Origin: Deferrisomatales bacterium
Lineage (GTDB): Bacteria; Desulfobacterota; Deferrisomatia; Deferrisomatales; JACRMM01
Assembly: GCA_033551855.1 (NCBI GenBank)
Contig: JAWSUI010000072.1
Span: forward strand, 1 to 17,364
Length of the DNA stretch: 17,364 nucleotides
Direction: 5' to 3'
Part shown: piece after piece, positions 6,576 to 15,005 of the stretch
Layout of the letters: every line of letters starts with the position of its first letter
How positions within the stretch are numbered: position 1 is the first letter of the stretch
Position numbers and translations under genes: made by a program
The notes under the pieces: model-generated
Seen by the model: the letters and a program-made list of their open reading frames with translations, nothing else
Database searches by the model: none
Told to the model about the DNA's origin: nothing

Positions 6576-9365
6576 ATGAGCAGGCTCCAGGAACTGGCCG
6601 GGCAGGGGCAGGCCGTCTGGTACGACTACATCCGCCGCTCCTTCCTGCGGGCTGGGGAGCTCGAGGCCCTGGTGGACCAGGGGGTGAGGGGGGTCACCTC
6701 GAACCCGTCCATCTTCGAGAAGGCCATCGCCGGCAGCTCCGACTACGACGTCGACCTGGAGCGCCTGGCGCGGCGCGGCCTCTCGGTGGAGGAGATCTAC
6801 GAGGACCTGGCGATCGACGACATCCGAAGCGCGGCCCGGGTCCTGCGCCGGGTGTACGACGACACCGACGGCCTGGACGGCTACGTCAGCCTGGAGGTGA
6901 GCCCGGCCCTCGCCCATGACACCCGCGGCACGGTGGCCGAGGCGCGGCGGCTCTTCGGCACCCTCGCGCTGCCCAACGCGATGATCAAGGTGCCGGCCAC
7001 CCCGGAGGGCATCCCCGCCGTGGCCACCCTCATCGGCGAAGGGGTCAACGTCAACGTCACCCTGATCTTCTCCGTCGCCCAGTACGAGGCCGTGGCCGAG
7101 GCCTACCTGACCGGGCTCGAGCGCCTGGCCTCCACCGGGGCGCGCCTGGGCCGCGTGGCCTCCGTGGCCTCGTTCTTCGTGAGCCGCCTCGACACCGCCC
7201 TCGACCCGGTGCTCGAGGCCCGGGGGCGGGCCGACCTGTGCGGCTCGGCTGCGGTGGACAACGCCCGGCTCGCCTACGCCCGGTTCACCGAGCTCTTCCG
7301 GGGGCCCCGCTGGGAGGCCCTGGCGGCCCGGGGGGCCAGGGTGCAGCGCCCCCTGTGGGCCAGCACCGGCACCAAGAACCCCGCTTACCCCGACACCCTC
7401 TACGTCGACCAGCTCATCGGGCCCCACACGGTGAACACCGTGCCCCCGGCCACGCTCCAGGCCTTCCTCGAGCACGGACGGGTGGAGCGGACCGTGGACC
7501 GGGACACGCCGGCTTCCCTGGCCCGCCTGGAGGAGCTCCGGGGCCTGGGCATCGACCTGGAGGTCGTCACGGAACGCCTCCTGGCCGAGGGGGTCGCCGC
7601 CTTCGCCCGGTCCTTCGAGACCCTCCTCGGGAGCATCGAGGACAAGCGGGCCCGCCTGGGCTCCCCCCGGCAGGCGGCCGCGTTCCGCCTGGGGCCCTAC
7701 CGCGCCGCGGTGGACCGCGCCTGGGAGGACCTGCGGCGCGAGAGGGTGATGCAGCGGATCTGGGAGCACGACCACACGGTCTGGAAGCCCGACCCCGCCG
7801 AGATCTCCAACCGGCTGGGGTGGCTCCGGGTCGCCCAGGAGCTGCGCGGGGCCACCGGGCCCCTGCAAGACTTCGCCCGGACGGTGGCCGCCGAGGGGAC
7901 CACGCACGCCCTCCTCCTCGGGATGGGGGGCTCGAGCCTCGCCCCCGAGGTGTTTCGCAAGACCTTCGGGGTGGCCCCCGGCGGCGTGGACCTGGCGGTG
8001 CTGGACACCACCGACCCCGAGGCGGTGCTCGCCCGGGCCGAGGCGCTCGACCCGGCGAAGACCCTCTTCCTCGTCTCCACCAAGTCCGGGGGCACGGTGG
8101 AGACCCTGTCCCTCTTCCGCTTCTTCTACGAGCGCACCGCGGCGGCACTGGGCAGGGAGCGCGCCGGCGCCCGTTTCGCCGCGGTCACCGACCCGGGAAG
8201 CTCCCTGGCCGATCTGGCCCGTGAGCACGGGTTCCGAAACGTCTTCCTCAGCGACCCCGACATCGGGGGGCGGTACTCGGCCCTCTCGCCCTTCGGCCTG
8301 TTGCCCGCCGCCCTCGTGGGGGTGGATGTGGAGCTGCTCCTGGAGCGGGCCCTGACCGCCGCTGCCAACGCGGACGGCTGCAACTGCCCGGTGGAGGGCG
8401 ACAACCACGCCGCCCGCCTTGGGGCCGCCCTGGGGGAGCTGGCCCTCGCAGGCCGGGACAAGGCGACCTTCTTCGTCTCCCCGGCGGTGGAAGGCTTCGG
8501 CGACTGGGTGGAGCAGCTCCTGGCCGAGAGCACCGGCAAGGAGGGCCGAGGGCTCCTCCCCGTGGTGGGGGAGCCCCCGGGCCCGCCGGAGTTCTACGGG
8601 GACGACCGTATCTTCCTGCACCTGCGCCTCGACGGGGACTCCGCCCTCGACGGCGCGGTCGCGGATCTGGAGCGCGCCGGGCACCCGGTGATCCGGCTGG
8701 CGCTCCGGGATCCCTATGACCTGGGGGGCCAGTTCTTCCTCTGGGAGATGGCGACGGCCGTGGCCGGCTGGCGCCTGGCCATTCACCCCTTCGACCAGCC
8801 CGACGTGGAGGCGGCCAAGGTCCTGGCCCGGGAGCTCCTGGCTGCCTACCGGGCCGACGGGCGCCTCCCCGAAGCCGAGCCCGCCTTCACGGCGGAGGGG
8901 ATCCGGGTGTACGGCGACGCCCGGGGGCCGTCGCCGGGGGACGCCCTGGCCTCGTTCCTGCGGGGCGGCGAGGGGGGCGCCTACGTGGCCCTCCAGGCGT
9001 ATCTTCCCCCCTCGCCGGCGGTGGACCGGGCCCTGGGGGGCCTCCGGGCCGCCGTGGGGGGGCGCACCGGGCTGGCCACCACCGTCGGCTACGGCCCGCG
9101 CTACCTCCACTCCACCGGGCAGCTCCACAAGGGGGACGCCGGCCGGGGGCTCTTCGTCCAGCTCACCGCCGACCCGGCCCGCGACGCCCCGATCCCCGAC
9201 CCTGCGGGCACCCCCGGCTCCCCCGTGACCTTCGGCGTGCTGGAGGCGGCCCAGGCCCTGGGGGACCGCCGGGCCCTGCTGGACCGGGGCCGCAGGGTCC
9301 TGCGCCTGCACCTGGGCCCGGACCCGGCCTCGTCCCTCGGCCGGCTGGCGCGGGCCCTGGGGTAG
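6576..9365 (+). CDS. Bifunctional transaldolase / phosphoglucose isomerase
   Basis: Transaldolase motifs GVTSNPSIF, MIKVPAT (Schiff-base Lys), VNVTLIFS, SFFVSR, LWASTGTKNP. PGI motifs GMGGSSL, STKSGGTVET, IGGRYSALS, QLLAESTGK, PFDQPDVEAAK. RBS GGGAGG. Confidence 0.95.
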   Translation: MSRLQELAGQGQAVWYDYIRRSFLRAGELEALVDQGVRGVTSNPSIFEKAIAGSSDYDVDLERLARRGLSVEEIYEDLAIDDIRSAARVLRRVYDDTDGLDGYVSLEVSPALAHDTRGTVAEARRLFGTLALPNAMIKVPATPEGIPAVATLIGEGVNVNVTLIFSVAQYEAVAEAYLTGLERLASTGARLGRVASVASFFVSRLDTALDPVLEARGRADLCGSAAVDNARLAYARFTELFRGPRWEALAARGARVQRPLWASTGTKNPAYPDTLYVDQLIGPHTVNTVPPATLQAFLEHGRVERTVDRDTPASLARLEELRGLGIDLEVVTERLLAEGVAAFARSFETLLGSIEDKRARLGSPRQAAAFRLGPYRAAVDRAWEDLRRERVMQRIWEHDHTVWKPDPAEISNRLGWLRVAQELRGATGPLQDFARTVAAEGTTHALLLGMGGSSLAPEVFRKTFGVAPGGVDLAVLDTTDPEAVLARAEALDPAKTLFLVSTKSGGTVETLSLFRFFYERTAAALGRERAGARFAAVTDPGSSLADLAREHGFRNVFLSDPDIGGRYSALSPFGLLPAALVGVDVELLLERALTAAANADGCNCPVEGDNHAARLGAALGELALAGRDKATFFVSPAVEGFGDWVEQLLAESTGKEGRGLLPVVGEPPGPPEFYGDDRIFLHLRLDGDSALDGAVADLERAGHPVIRLALRDPYDLGGQFFLWEMATAVAGWRLAIHPFDQPDVEAAKVLARELLAAYRADGRLPEAEPAFTAEGIRVYGDARGPSPGDALASFLRGGEGGAYVALQAYLPPSPAVDRALGGLRAAVGGRTGLATTVGYGPRYLHSTGQLHKGDAGRGLFVQLTADPARDAPIPDPAGTPGSPVTFGVLEAAQALGDRRALLDRGRRVLRLHLGPDPASSLGRLARALG

Positions 9366-9412
9366 GCGACCCCGGTGGGGCGCCGAACCCCGCCGCGCGG
9401 CATGGGCGCCCC

Positions 9413-9450
9413 AAAACGGCAATGGCCGCCCCTCGGGGGCGGCCATTGCC
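9413..9450 (-). terminator. Intrinsic terminator between convergent genes (possibly bidirectional)
   Basis: Perfect 15-bp stem GGCAATGGCCGCCCC-tcg-GGGGCGGCCATTGCC (9418-9450), followed by GTTTT on the minus strand. A second stem (9376-9384/9405-9413) lies just after the tal-pgi stop. Confidence 0.75.
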
Positions 9451-9479
9451 TGTCGTGCATGCAGAGCATCGTGCCGGGG

Positions 9480-9809
9480 TCACACGAAGCAAGCCCCGCG
9501 CATCTCTCGCACGTGCTCGATCGCGCGGTCCACGTCCTGGTAGAGGCTCTCGCACTCCTGCCGGAAGCCCCGGTCCCGGTCGCAGTACCGATCGCGGCTC
9601 GCGATGCCGTGAAGCTCCTCCATCACGGCGCTCATCTCCCGGCCGCAGCCCACCGTTTCCCGAACGAACTCACGGCCGAGAGGCTCGAGCTCGTCGGCCA
9701 GCGCGTGGAACTTCCCCCGGAAGGTCTCTTCGGAAGAACTCTGGGCCAGGCTCCGGAACTCGCCGTGGAAATCCCCCGCGTCCCAATCCTCTCTTCTCTT
9801 GGTCACCAT
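9480..9809 (-). CDS. Hypothetical small, charged, probably helical protein (109 aa)
   Basis: Strong RBS (GGAAGGAGG) before ATG, protein-like composition unlike the Arg/Pro/Gly-rich shadow ORFs, and a terminator downstream. Confidence 0.75.
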   Translation of the reverse strand: MVTKRREDWDAGDFHGEFRSLAQSSSEETFRGKFHALADELEPLGREFVRETVGCGREMSAVMEELHGIASRDRYCDRDRGFRQECESLYQDVDRAIEHVREMRGACFV

Positions 9810-9945
9810 GTTGGCCCTCCTTCCCCCCGTGCGGCTCCCTCAGGGCCGCGGAGTCCTCTTCGGTACGACCCCACGATAACCACTGCGGGGCGTCGGCGCA
9901 CCCGGGCCTGCGCCGGGGGGGCGGCCCGAAGGTCCTCCCGGCCGG

Positions 9946-9979
9946 GCGTCCCAGCGTCCCCGCGTCCCAGCGTCCCCGC
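9946..9979. repeat. Tandem octamer repeat (GCGTCCCA-GCGTCCCC)x2
   Basis: Four consecutive 8-nt units, directly visible in the divergent intergenic region. Confidence 0.85.
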
Positions 9980-10034
9980 AGGCCCGCCCCACCGGCCGGT
10001 TGACGCCGGGTGCGAACAGGCGGAAGGTGTCGCC

Positions 10035-11222
10035 GTGAGCCCGAACCGCCCCTTCGACCTCCGCGTCCTCCTGCTCCTCTCCTCGGGGCACCTGGTGACC
10101 GACATCTACCAGGGTGCGCTCCCCGGGCTCCTGCCCCTCCTGCGAGACAAGCTCGACCTGTCCTACGCCGCGGCCGGCGCGGTGCTGCTCGCCGCGAACC
10201 TCACGTCCTCCGTGGTGCAGCCCCTCTTCGGGCTCGTCTCGGACCGCAGGGAGCAGCCGGCGCTTCTTCCCCTGGGGTGCCTCTTCGCCGGGGTCGGGTT
10301 CTCCCTGCTCTCCCTCCCCTCGAGCTACGGGGCGGTGCTGCTCCTGGTGGCGCTCAGCGGGCTGGGGGTGGCCTCCTACCACCCAGAGGGCTACAAGACC
10401 GCCTCGTTCTTCACCGGCTCCCGACCCGCCGCCGGCATGTCTCTCTTCTCCGTCGGGGGGAACCTGGGCTTCGCCCTGGGGCCCATCCTGTGCCTCTGGG
10501 TGGTGACCCACCTGGGGCTCGCCGCCCTGCCCGCGATGGCCGTCCCGTCGCTGCTCTTCGCGCTCCTGATCCTTCTGTCCTGGCGCCGCGTGACCGTGCC
10601 GCGGGAGCTGCCGGTTTCCGGGAAGGGCCCGCCCCCCGGCCTGGCGCCCGGGACCCTGGGCTCCCTGGGGCTCCTGGTGGGCACCGTGGTGATGCGGTCC
10701 TGGACCCAGGCGGGGCTCATGACCTACATCCCCTTCTACACCATCGACGTCCTGGGCCGGGACCCCGTCCACGCCGGCAAGCTCGTCTCGGTCTTCCTCC
10801 TCGGCGGGGTTCTCGGCACCCTGGGGGGCTCCCCGCTGGCGGACCGCTGGGGGCACCGGCGCTACCTGGTCGGCTCCCTGGCCCTGGCCTCGTTGCTCTT
10901 CCCCCTGGCCGTGGCCGCCCGGGACACCGCCCAGTTCCTCGCCCTGGGGGTCTTCGGGGCGGTGCTCATCTCGACCTTCACCGTGACCGTGGTGATGGCC
11001 CACGAGCTGCTCCCCCGCAACCGGGGGGTTGCCTCGGGGCTCGTGGTGGGGCTCGCGATCGGCACGGGGGGGATCGGGGTGACCCTGCTGGGGATGGTGG
11101 CGGACCGGTTCGGGGTGCCGGCGGCCCTCCACGCCATCGGGGCCCTGCCGGTGGCGGGGCTCGCCCTGGGCCTCCTCCTGTGGCTCCGGAAGACGGGGCC
11201 GGGCGGGGAGAGCGGGGGATGA
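10035..11222 (+). CDS. MFS transporter, Fsr (fosmidomycin resistance)-like
   Basis: GHLVTDIYQG..P.LLP, SSVVQPLFGLVSDR, GVASYHPEG, SLFSVGGNLGFALGP, LADRWG; about 12 hydrophobic segments. GTG start with GGAAGG RBS; the longer ORF from 9375 is an unlikely extension. Confidence 0.9.
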   Translation: MSPNRPFDLRVLLLLSSGHLVTDIYQGALPGLLPLLRDKLDLSYAAAGAVLLAANLTSSVVQPLFGLVSDRREQPALLPLGCLFAGVGFSLLSLPSSYGAVLLLVALSGLGVASYHPEGYKTASFFTGSRPAAGMSLFSVGGNLGFALGPILCLWVVTHLGLAALPAMAVPSLLFALLILLSWRRVTVPRELPVSGKGPPPGLAPGTLGSLGLLVGTVVMRSWTQAGLMTYIPFYTIDVLGRDPVHAGKLVSVFLLGGVLGTLGGSPLADRWGHRRYLVGSLALASLLFPLAVAARDTAQFLALGVFGAVLISTFTVTVVMAHELLPRNRGVASGLVVGLAIGTGGIGVTLLGMVADRFGVPAALHAIGALPVAGLALGLLLWLRKTGPGGESGG

Positions 11223-11231
11223 GGGGTGGGA

Positions 11232-12341
11232 TCACCCGCCGGCGGCGAGGCGCAGGGCCGCCTCGTCCGCCAGCGCCAGGCACGCGGTGAGACCCGGGGA
11301 CTCGATCCCGAAGAGGTTCACCAGCCCGGGCACCCCGTGGGCCTCCGGGCCCTGGACGACGAAGTCGGCCGCCGGCTCCCCGGGGCCGACGATCTTCGGC
11401 CGGATGCCGGCATAGCCCGGCTGCAGGGCCTCGGCCGGCAGGCCCGGCCAGTAGCGCCGCACCGCGGCGGCGAAGGCGCCGGCCCGGCCCGGGTCCACCC
11501 GGTAGTCCTCCGCCTCCACCCACTCCACGTCCGGGCCGAAGCGCGGCAGCCCCCCCAGGTCGAGGGTGAGGTGGACCCCCAGGCCGGCCTGCTCCGGGGC
11601 GGGGTACACCAGGTGCCGAAAGGGCGCCCGGCGGGCGAGGGTGAAGTAGCTCCCCTTGCACAGGTACCCCCGGGGCACGGTCCCCGGGGCCGGGCCCTCG
11701 AGGGACCGCGCCAGGGGGATCGCCCCGAGCCCCGCGCTGTTCACCACGCAGCGGCACAGGATTCGCGTCGGGTCGTGCCCCCCCACCTCCAGCACGATCC
11801 CCCCCTCCACGGCCCGGCCGCCGAGCACCGGGCTCCGCAGGACCAGGAGCGCGCCCTTTCCCTCGGCCTCGGCCCGCAGGGCCACCATCAACCCGTGACT
11901 GTCCACGATCCCGGTAGAGGGGGAGAGGAGGGCGGCGGTGCAGCGGAGGGCGGGCTCCCGGGCCCGGGCCTCTGTCGCGGAGAGCCACTCCAGGTCGTCC
12001 ACCCCGTTGGCCTCTGCGGTGGCCCGGAGCCGCCGGAGCGCCGCCGTCTCCCCCTCTGCGCCGGCGACGACGAGCTTCCCCGGGCGGCGGTGGGCCACGC
12101 CCCGCTCGGCGCAGAACGCGTAGAGGCGCTCCCTCCCCTCCCGGCAGAGCCGAGCCTTGAGGCTCCCCGGGGGGTAGTAGAGCCCGGCGTGGACCACTTC
12201 GCTGTTGCGCGACGAGATCCCGGTGCCCACGGCCTCGGCCGCCTCCAGGACCAGGACCTCCCGGCCGGCGAGGGCCAGGGCCCGGGCCGCCGCGAGCCCC
12301 ACCACGCCGGCCCCCACCACCGCGCAGTCGATCGTCTCCAT
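11232..12341 (-). CDS. FAD-dependent oxidoreductase, L-2-hydroxyglutarate oxidase/dehydrogenase-like
   Basis: [10 protein letters not shown] dinucleotide-binding motif, [41 protein letters not shown]. Confidence 0.9.
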   Translation of the reverse strand: METIDCAVVGAGVVGLAAARALALAGREVLVLEAAEAVGTGISSRNSEVVHAGLYYPPGSLKARLCREGRERLYAFCAERGVAHRRPGKLVVAGAEGETAALRRLRATAEANGVDDLEWLSATEARAREPALRCTAALLSPSTGIVDSHGLMVALRAEAEGKGALLVLRSPVLGGRAVEGGIVLEVGGHDPTRILCRCVVNSAGLGAIPLARSLEGPAPGTVPRGYLCKGSYFTLARRAPFRHLVYPAPEQAGLGVHLTLDLGGLPRFGPDVEWVEAEDYRVDPGRAGAFAAAVRRYWPGLPAEALQPGYAGIRPKIVGPGEPAADFVVQGPEAHGVPGLVNLFGIESPGLTACLALADEAALRLAAGG

Positions 12342-12433
12342 CCCCAACCCCCTCGTGCCGGTGGGCGGGCCCTCCGGCCGGGAACGGTCCGCCCCAAGGC
12401 TTCTGCTTAAAGAGAAACTCGCCTTCCTTGAAT

Positions 12434-12470
12434 CCCCTCTCCCCCCGGGAGAGGGGCCTGGGGTGAGGGG
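12434..12470 (-). repeat. GC-rich palindromic intergenic repeat (CCCCTCACCCC..CCCCTCTCCC-nnn-GGGAGAGGGG type)
   Basis: 10-bp stem 12434-12443/12447-12456 with a CCCCTCACCCC leader on the minus strand. Related to 16095-16133 and 12572-12594. Confidence 0.7.
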
Positions 12471-12596
12471 GACCGACCCGCGACGGGTCGGCGCTTCATC
12501 CCTCGGGGTGCCCCGAAGGTCATGGGCAACTCTGTCTCGATCCGTGTGGTCAAACGGGTGTGGGCGGCACTTGCCCTCCCCTCGAAGGGGGGCAGG

Positions 12597-12742
12597 AACC
12601 GCCTCTTCGGGGAAAGGACGGGTTGCCGCACCCGAGGACGGCCGGGTGGGCGGACCCACCCGGCCGTTGCCCGGATGAGCCGGAAAACCTGGGGCCTCGT
12701 GCGCGCCGGAGGTCTCGTGGGGCGCCGAGTCGCCGGGAAGAG
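12597..12742 (+). repeat. Dispersed structured element, copy C (internally deleted form)
   Basis: 12597-12650 matches the left part and 12651-12690 the right part of copy B, forming a 13-bp hairpin at 12638-12667. 12717-12740 resembles 6548-6570. Confidence 0.8.
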
Positions 12743-12797
12743 AACCGCGACGGGTGGGAACCCAGACGATCCGGGACGGCGCCGGGTCTTCCCCGGG

Positions 12798-13142
12798 TCA
12801 GTCCCCCTGGGCCCGGAGGGCGCGGAGGTAGCTCCCCAGGACCTCCCGGTCCCGGGCGTCCAACTCGAGGAACGCGACGCCGGCGTGGTAGGCGGTGTCC
12901 CCGGCGGCCTTCGCGTGCACGACCCGGCCCCGCAGGTCCACCAGGTCCTCCTCCAGCCCCACCGTGATCCGGAGCTCCTGGCCCACCTGCAGGGGCTCGT
13001 GCACCTCCAGGAGCAGCCCCTCCTCGCTGGCGTTGAGGGTGCGGCCCATGCCGCGGGCGGCATAGAGGCCTTCGGGGTCCACGAGCTGGTAGTGGAGGAT
13101 GTGGAGGGCCTCCATGCGAGGGGCCCAGCGCTGCTGTTCCAT
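12798..13142 (-). CDS. Stand-alone PilZ-domain (c-di-GMP-binding) protein
   Basis: RxxxR (RWAPR) and D/NxSxxG (NASEEG) motifs, GRVVH and GVAF strands. RBS GGGAGG before ATG 13142. Confidence 0.85.
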   Translation of the reverse strand: MEQQRWAPRMEALHILHYQLVDPEGLYAARGMGRTLNASEEGLLLEVHEPLQVGQELRITVGLEEDLVDLRGRVVHAKAAGDTAYHAGVAFLELDARDREVLGSYLRALRAQGD

Positions 13143-13229
13143 GCTGCCTCCCGGGAGGGGCCGGCCCTCGGGCCGGCGCAGACTCACGGCCACCCCTATC
13201 GGCCCGGCCCCCGGCCACCTTGAGGGGTC

Positions 13230-14021
13230 TCAACGCACCGGGTTGGTGAGGGCCCCGATCCCCTCCACCTCCACGGTCACCTCGTCCCCGGGCTGGAGGA
13301 ACACCGGCGGCGTGCGGGCGAAACCCACCCCCGGCGGGGTCCCGGTGAGGATCACGGTCCCGGGCAGGAGAGTGGTGTCCTGGCTCAGGAAGCTCACCAG
13401 GCGGGCCACCGGGAAGATCATGTCGGCCGTGGAGCCGTCCTGCATCACGCGGCCGTTGAGCACCGTGCGCAGGCGCAACCCCTGGGGGTCCGGGATCTCC
13501 TCCCGGGTCACCAGCGCGGGCCCCAGGGGGCAGAAGCCGTCGAAGCTCTTCCCCCGCACCCACTGGCCGCCGCTGTGCTTCTGCCAGCGCCGTGCCGAGA
13601 CGTCGTTGGCCGCGGTGTACCCGAGCACGTGGCCCAGGGCCTCTGCCTCGGGAATGTCCCGGCCGGCCCTGCCGATCACCACCGCCAGCTCGCACTCGTA
13701 GTCCACCTCGGGCCCCCGGCTGCACCCGGGCAGGGGGATCGGGTCACCGGGGCCGCACACGGCCGTCGTGGGCTTCATGAAGAGGACCGGGTCCGCAGGG
13801 ATCGGGGCCCCGGTCTCGGCGGCGTGGGCCCGGTAGTTCAGGCCCACGCAGAAGATGTTGACCGGCTCCACCGGCGCCAGGAGCCGGCGCACCGCCGCGC
13901 GGGCCCCGCTGCGGACGAGGCCCCGGAAGGGATCCCCTTCGAGGATCTCCGCCAGCCCCTCCCCCCCGGGAGTCCCCCAGCGGGTCCTCCCCCGGTCGTC
14001 CCGGAACCGGATCACACGCAC
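13230..14021 (-). CDS. Fumarylacetoacetate hydrolase family protein
   Basis: CVGLNYRAHA, PVLFMKP, DYECELAVVIG, GYTAANDVSAR, GKSFDGFCPLGP, ILTGTPPGVG; AGGAGG RBS. Confidence 0.93.
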   Translation of the reverse strand: MRVIRFRDDRGRTRWGTPGGEGLAEILEGDPFRGLVRSGARAAVRRLLAPVEPVNIFCVGLNYRAHAAETGAPIPADPVLFMKPTTAVCGPGDPIPLPGCSRGPEVDYECELAVVIGRAGRDIPEAEALGHVLGYTAANDVSARRWQKHSGGQWVRGKSFDGFCPLGPALVTREEIPDPQGLRLRTVLNGRVMQDGSTADMIFPVARLVSFLSQDTTLLPGTVILTGTPPGVGFARTPPVFLQPGDEVTVEVEGIGALTNPVR

Positions 14022-14030
14022 GGCGGCCTC

Positions 14031-14108
14031 CTAACGCTTCGCACCACCGGCACCTTCGGGGATCGCCCCGAGGACGGAGCCCCTCACGTGGTCGCCTCTA
14101 TCGCGCAT
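14031..14108 (-). pseudogene. Possible stub of a HEPN-domain toxin gene (about the first 10 codons)
   Basis: ATG overlaps the end of the nucleotidyltransferase gene. MRDRGDHVRG resembles HEPN N-termini, which normally continue W-x-x-K-A-x-x-D-L; here it runs into unrelated hairpin sequence and stops after 25 aa. Confidence 0.4.
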
Positions 14109-14466
14109 ACAGCGTCCTTCCCTCCCGGAGCGCCGTAGTGACGAACGCGTTGGGGACCTCCTTCCAGGCGTCGGCTTCCTCGGGGGTCCAGACGACCACG
14201 TCCTTCTCAGGGAAGAGGCCGGTCAAGGCCCGCAGGTACGGAACGGCCCGCTTGTGCCGGGGGAGCGCGGAATCCTCGATGATCAGCAGGTCGAGGTCGC
14301 TCCCGGGTCTCTCCTGGCCCCGCGCCCGCGAACCGAAGAGCACGATGCGAAGGGGGTTGCCTGCGGCCAGGATGCGGCGGATGGCCTCCTCGACGAGGGC
14401 CTCCGACGCGCTCCCTACCGGCTGCCTGCCCGGGTGCCCTGCAGACCCCGTCGCCGCTCTCCTCAT
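14098..14466 (-). CDS. Minimal nucleotidyltransferase (MNT, Pol-beta superfamily; MntA-type antitoxin)
   Basis: IVLFGSRARG...SDLDLLII (GS...DxD motif), third Asp in KDVVVWTPEE, C-terminal EGRTLY. Start uncertain. Confidence 0.88.
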   Translation of the reverse strand: MRRAATGSAGHPGRQPVGSASEALVEEAIRRILAAGNPLRIVLFGSRARGQERPGSDLDLLIIEDSALPRHKRAVPYLRALTGLFPEKDVVVWTPEEADAWKEVPNAFVTTALREGRTLYAR

Positions 14467-14576
14467 CTGCTTCCTTTCCCGGTCGGCCGTCCCGAGCTCC
14501 TGGGACAGTACTTTTTCGCGAGGTTCCCAAGGCAGGGGAGCCACGGGCGTTCCTTCGGGATCGGTCTGCTCCCGAG

Positions 14577-14963
14577 CTAACGCGCCTCGATCCGGCCGCT
14601 CATCCCGAGGGTGGGGTGCAGGGGCTTGGCGCAGTGGAAGGGGTACACCCCGGGGAGGGTGAGGGGCACCTCCACCCGCACCGTCTGCCGGGGATCGAGC
14701 TCCACCGAGCGCAGCACCTTCCCCACGGGGTCGGCCACCGTGAAGTTGTGTCTCGACCCCGAGGCATTGTGGATCTGCAGCACCAGGGTCTCCCCGGCCC
14801 GCGCCACGAGGTGGGACGGGTCGAAGGAGAAGCTGCTGGCGGTGACGCGTACCTCGGTCTGCTGGGGGGAGACCTCCAGCATGCGACCCGGCCCGCCGCA
14901 CGCGGCGAGGGTCAGGACCCAGAGGGCGGCGAGGAGCCGGGCGGCCAGGGGATAGCGGCGCAT
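14577..14963 (-). CDS. Cupredoxin-domain lipoprotein with a type-1 copper site
   Basis: Lipobox LAA-C; FSFDPS; ligands HNF and YPFHC-x4-H-x4-M; RBS AGGAG. Confidence 0.85.
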   Translation of the reverse strand: MRRYPLAARLLAALWVLTLAACGGPGRMLEVSPQQTEVRVTASSFSFDPSHLVARAGETLVLQIHNASGSRHNFTVADPVGKVLRSVELDPRQTVRVEVPLTLPGVYPFHCAKPLHPTLGMSGRIEAR

Positions 14964-15005
14964 GGGAGGTCTCCTGTGTCGAGGAGTGGAGGTCCGGGCG
15001 GCAGT

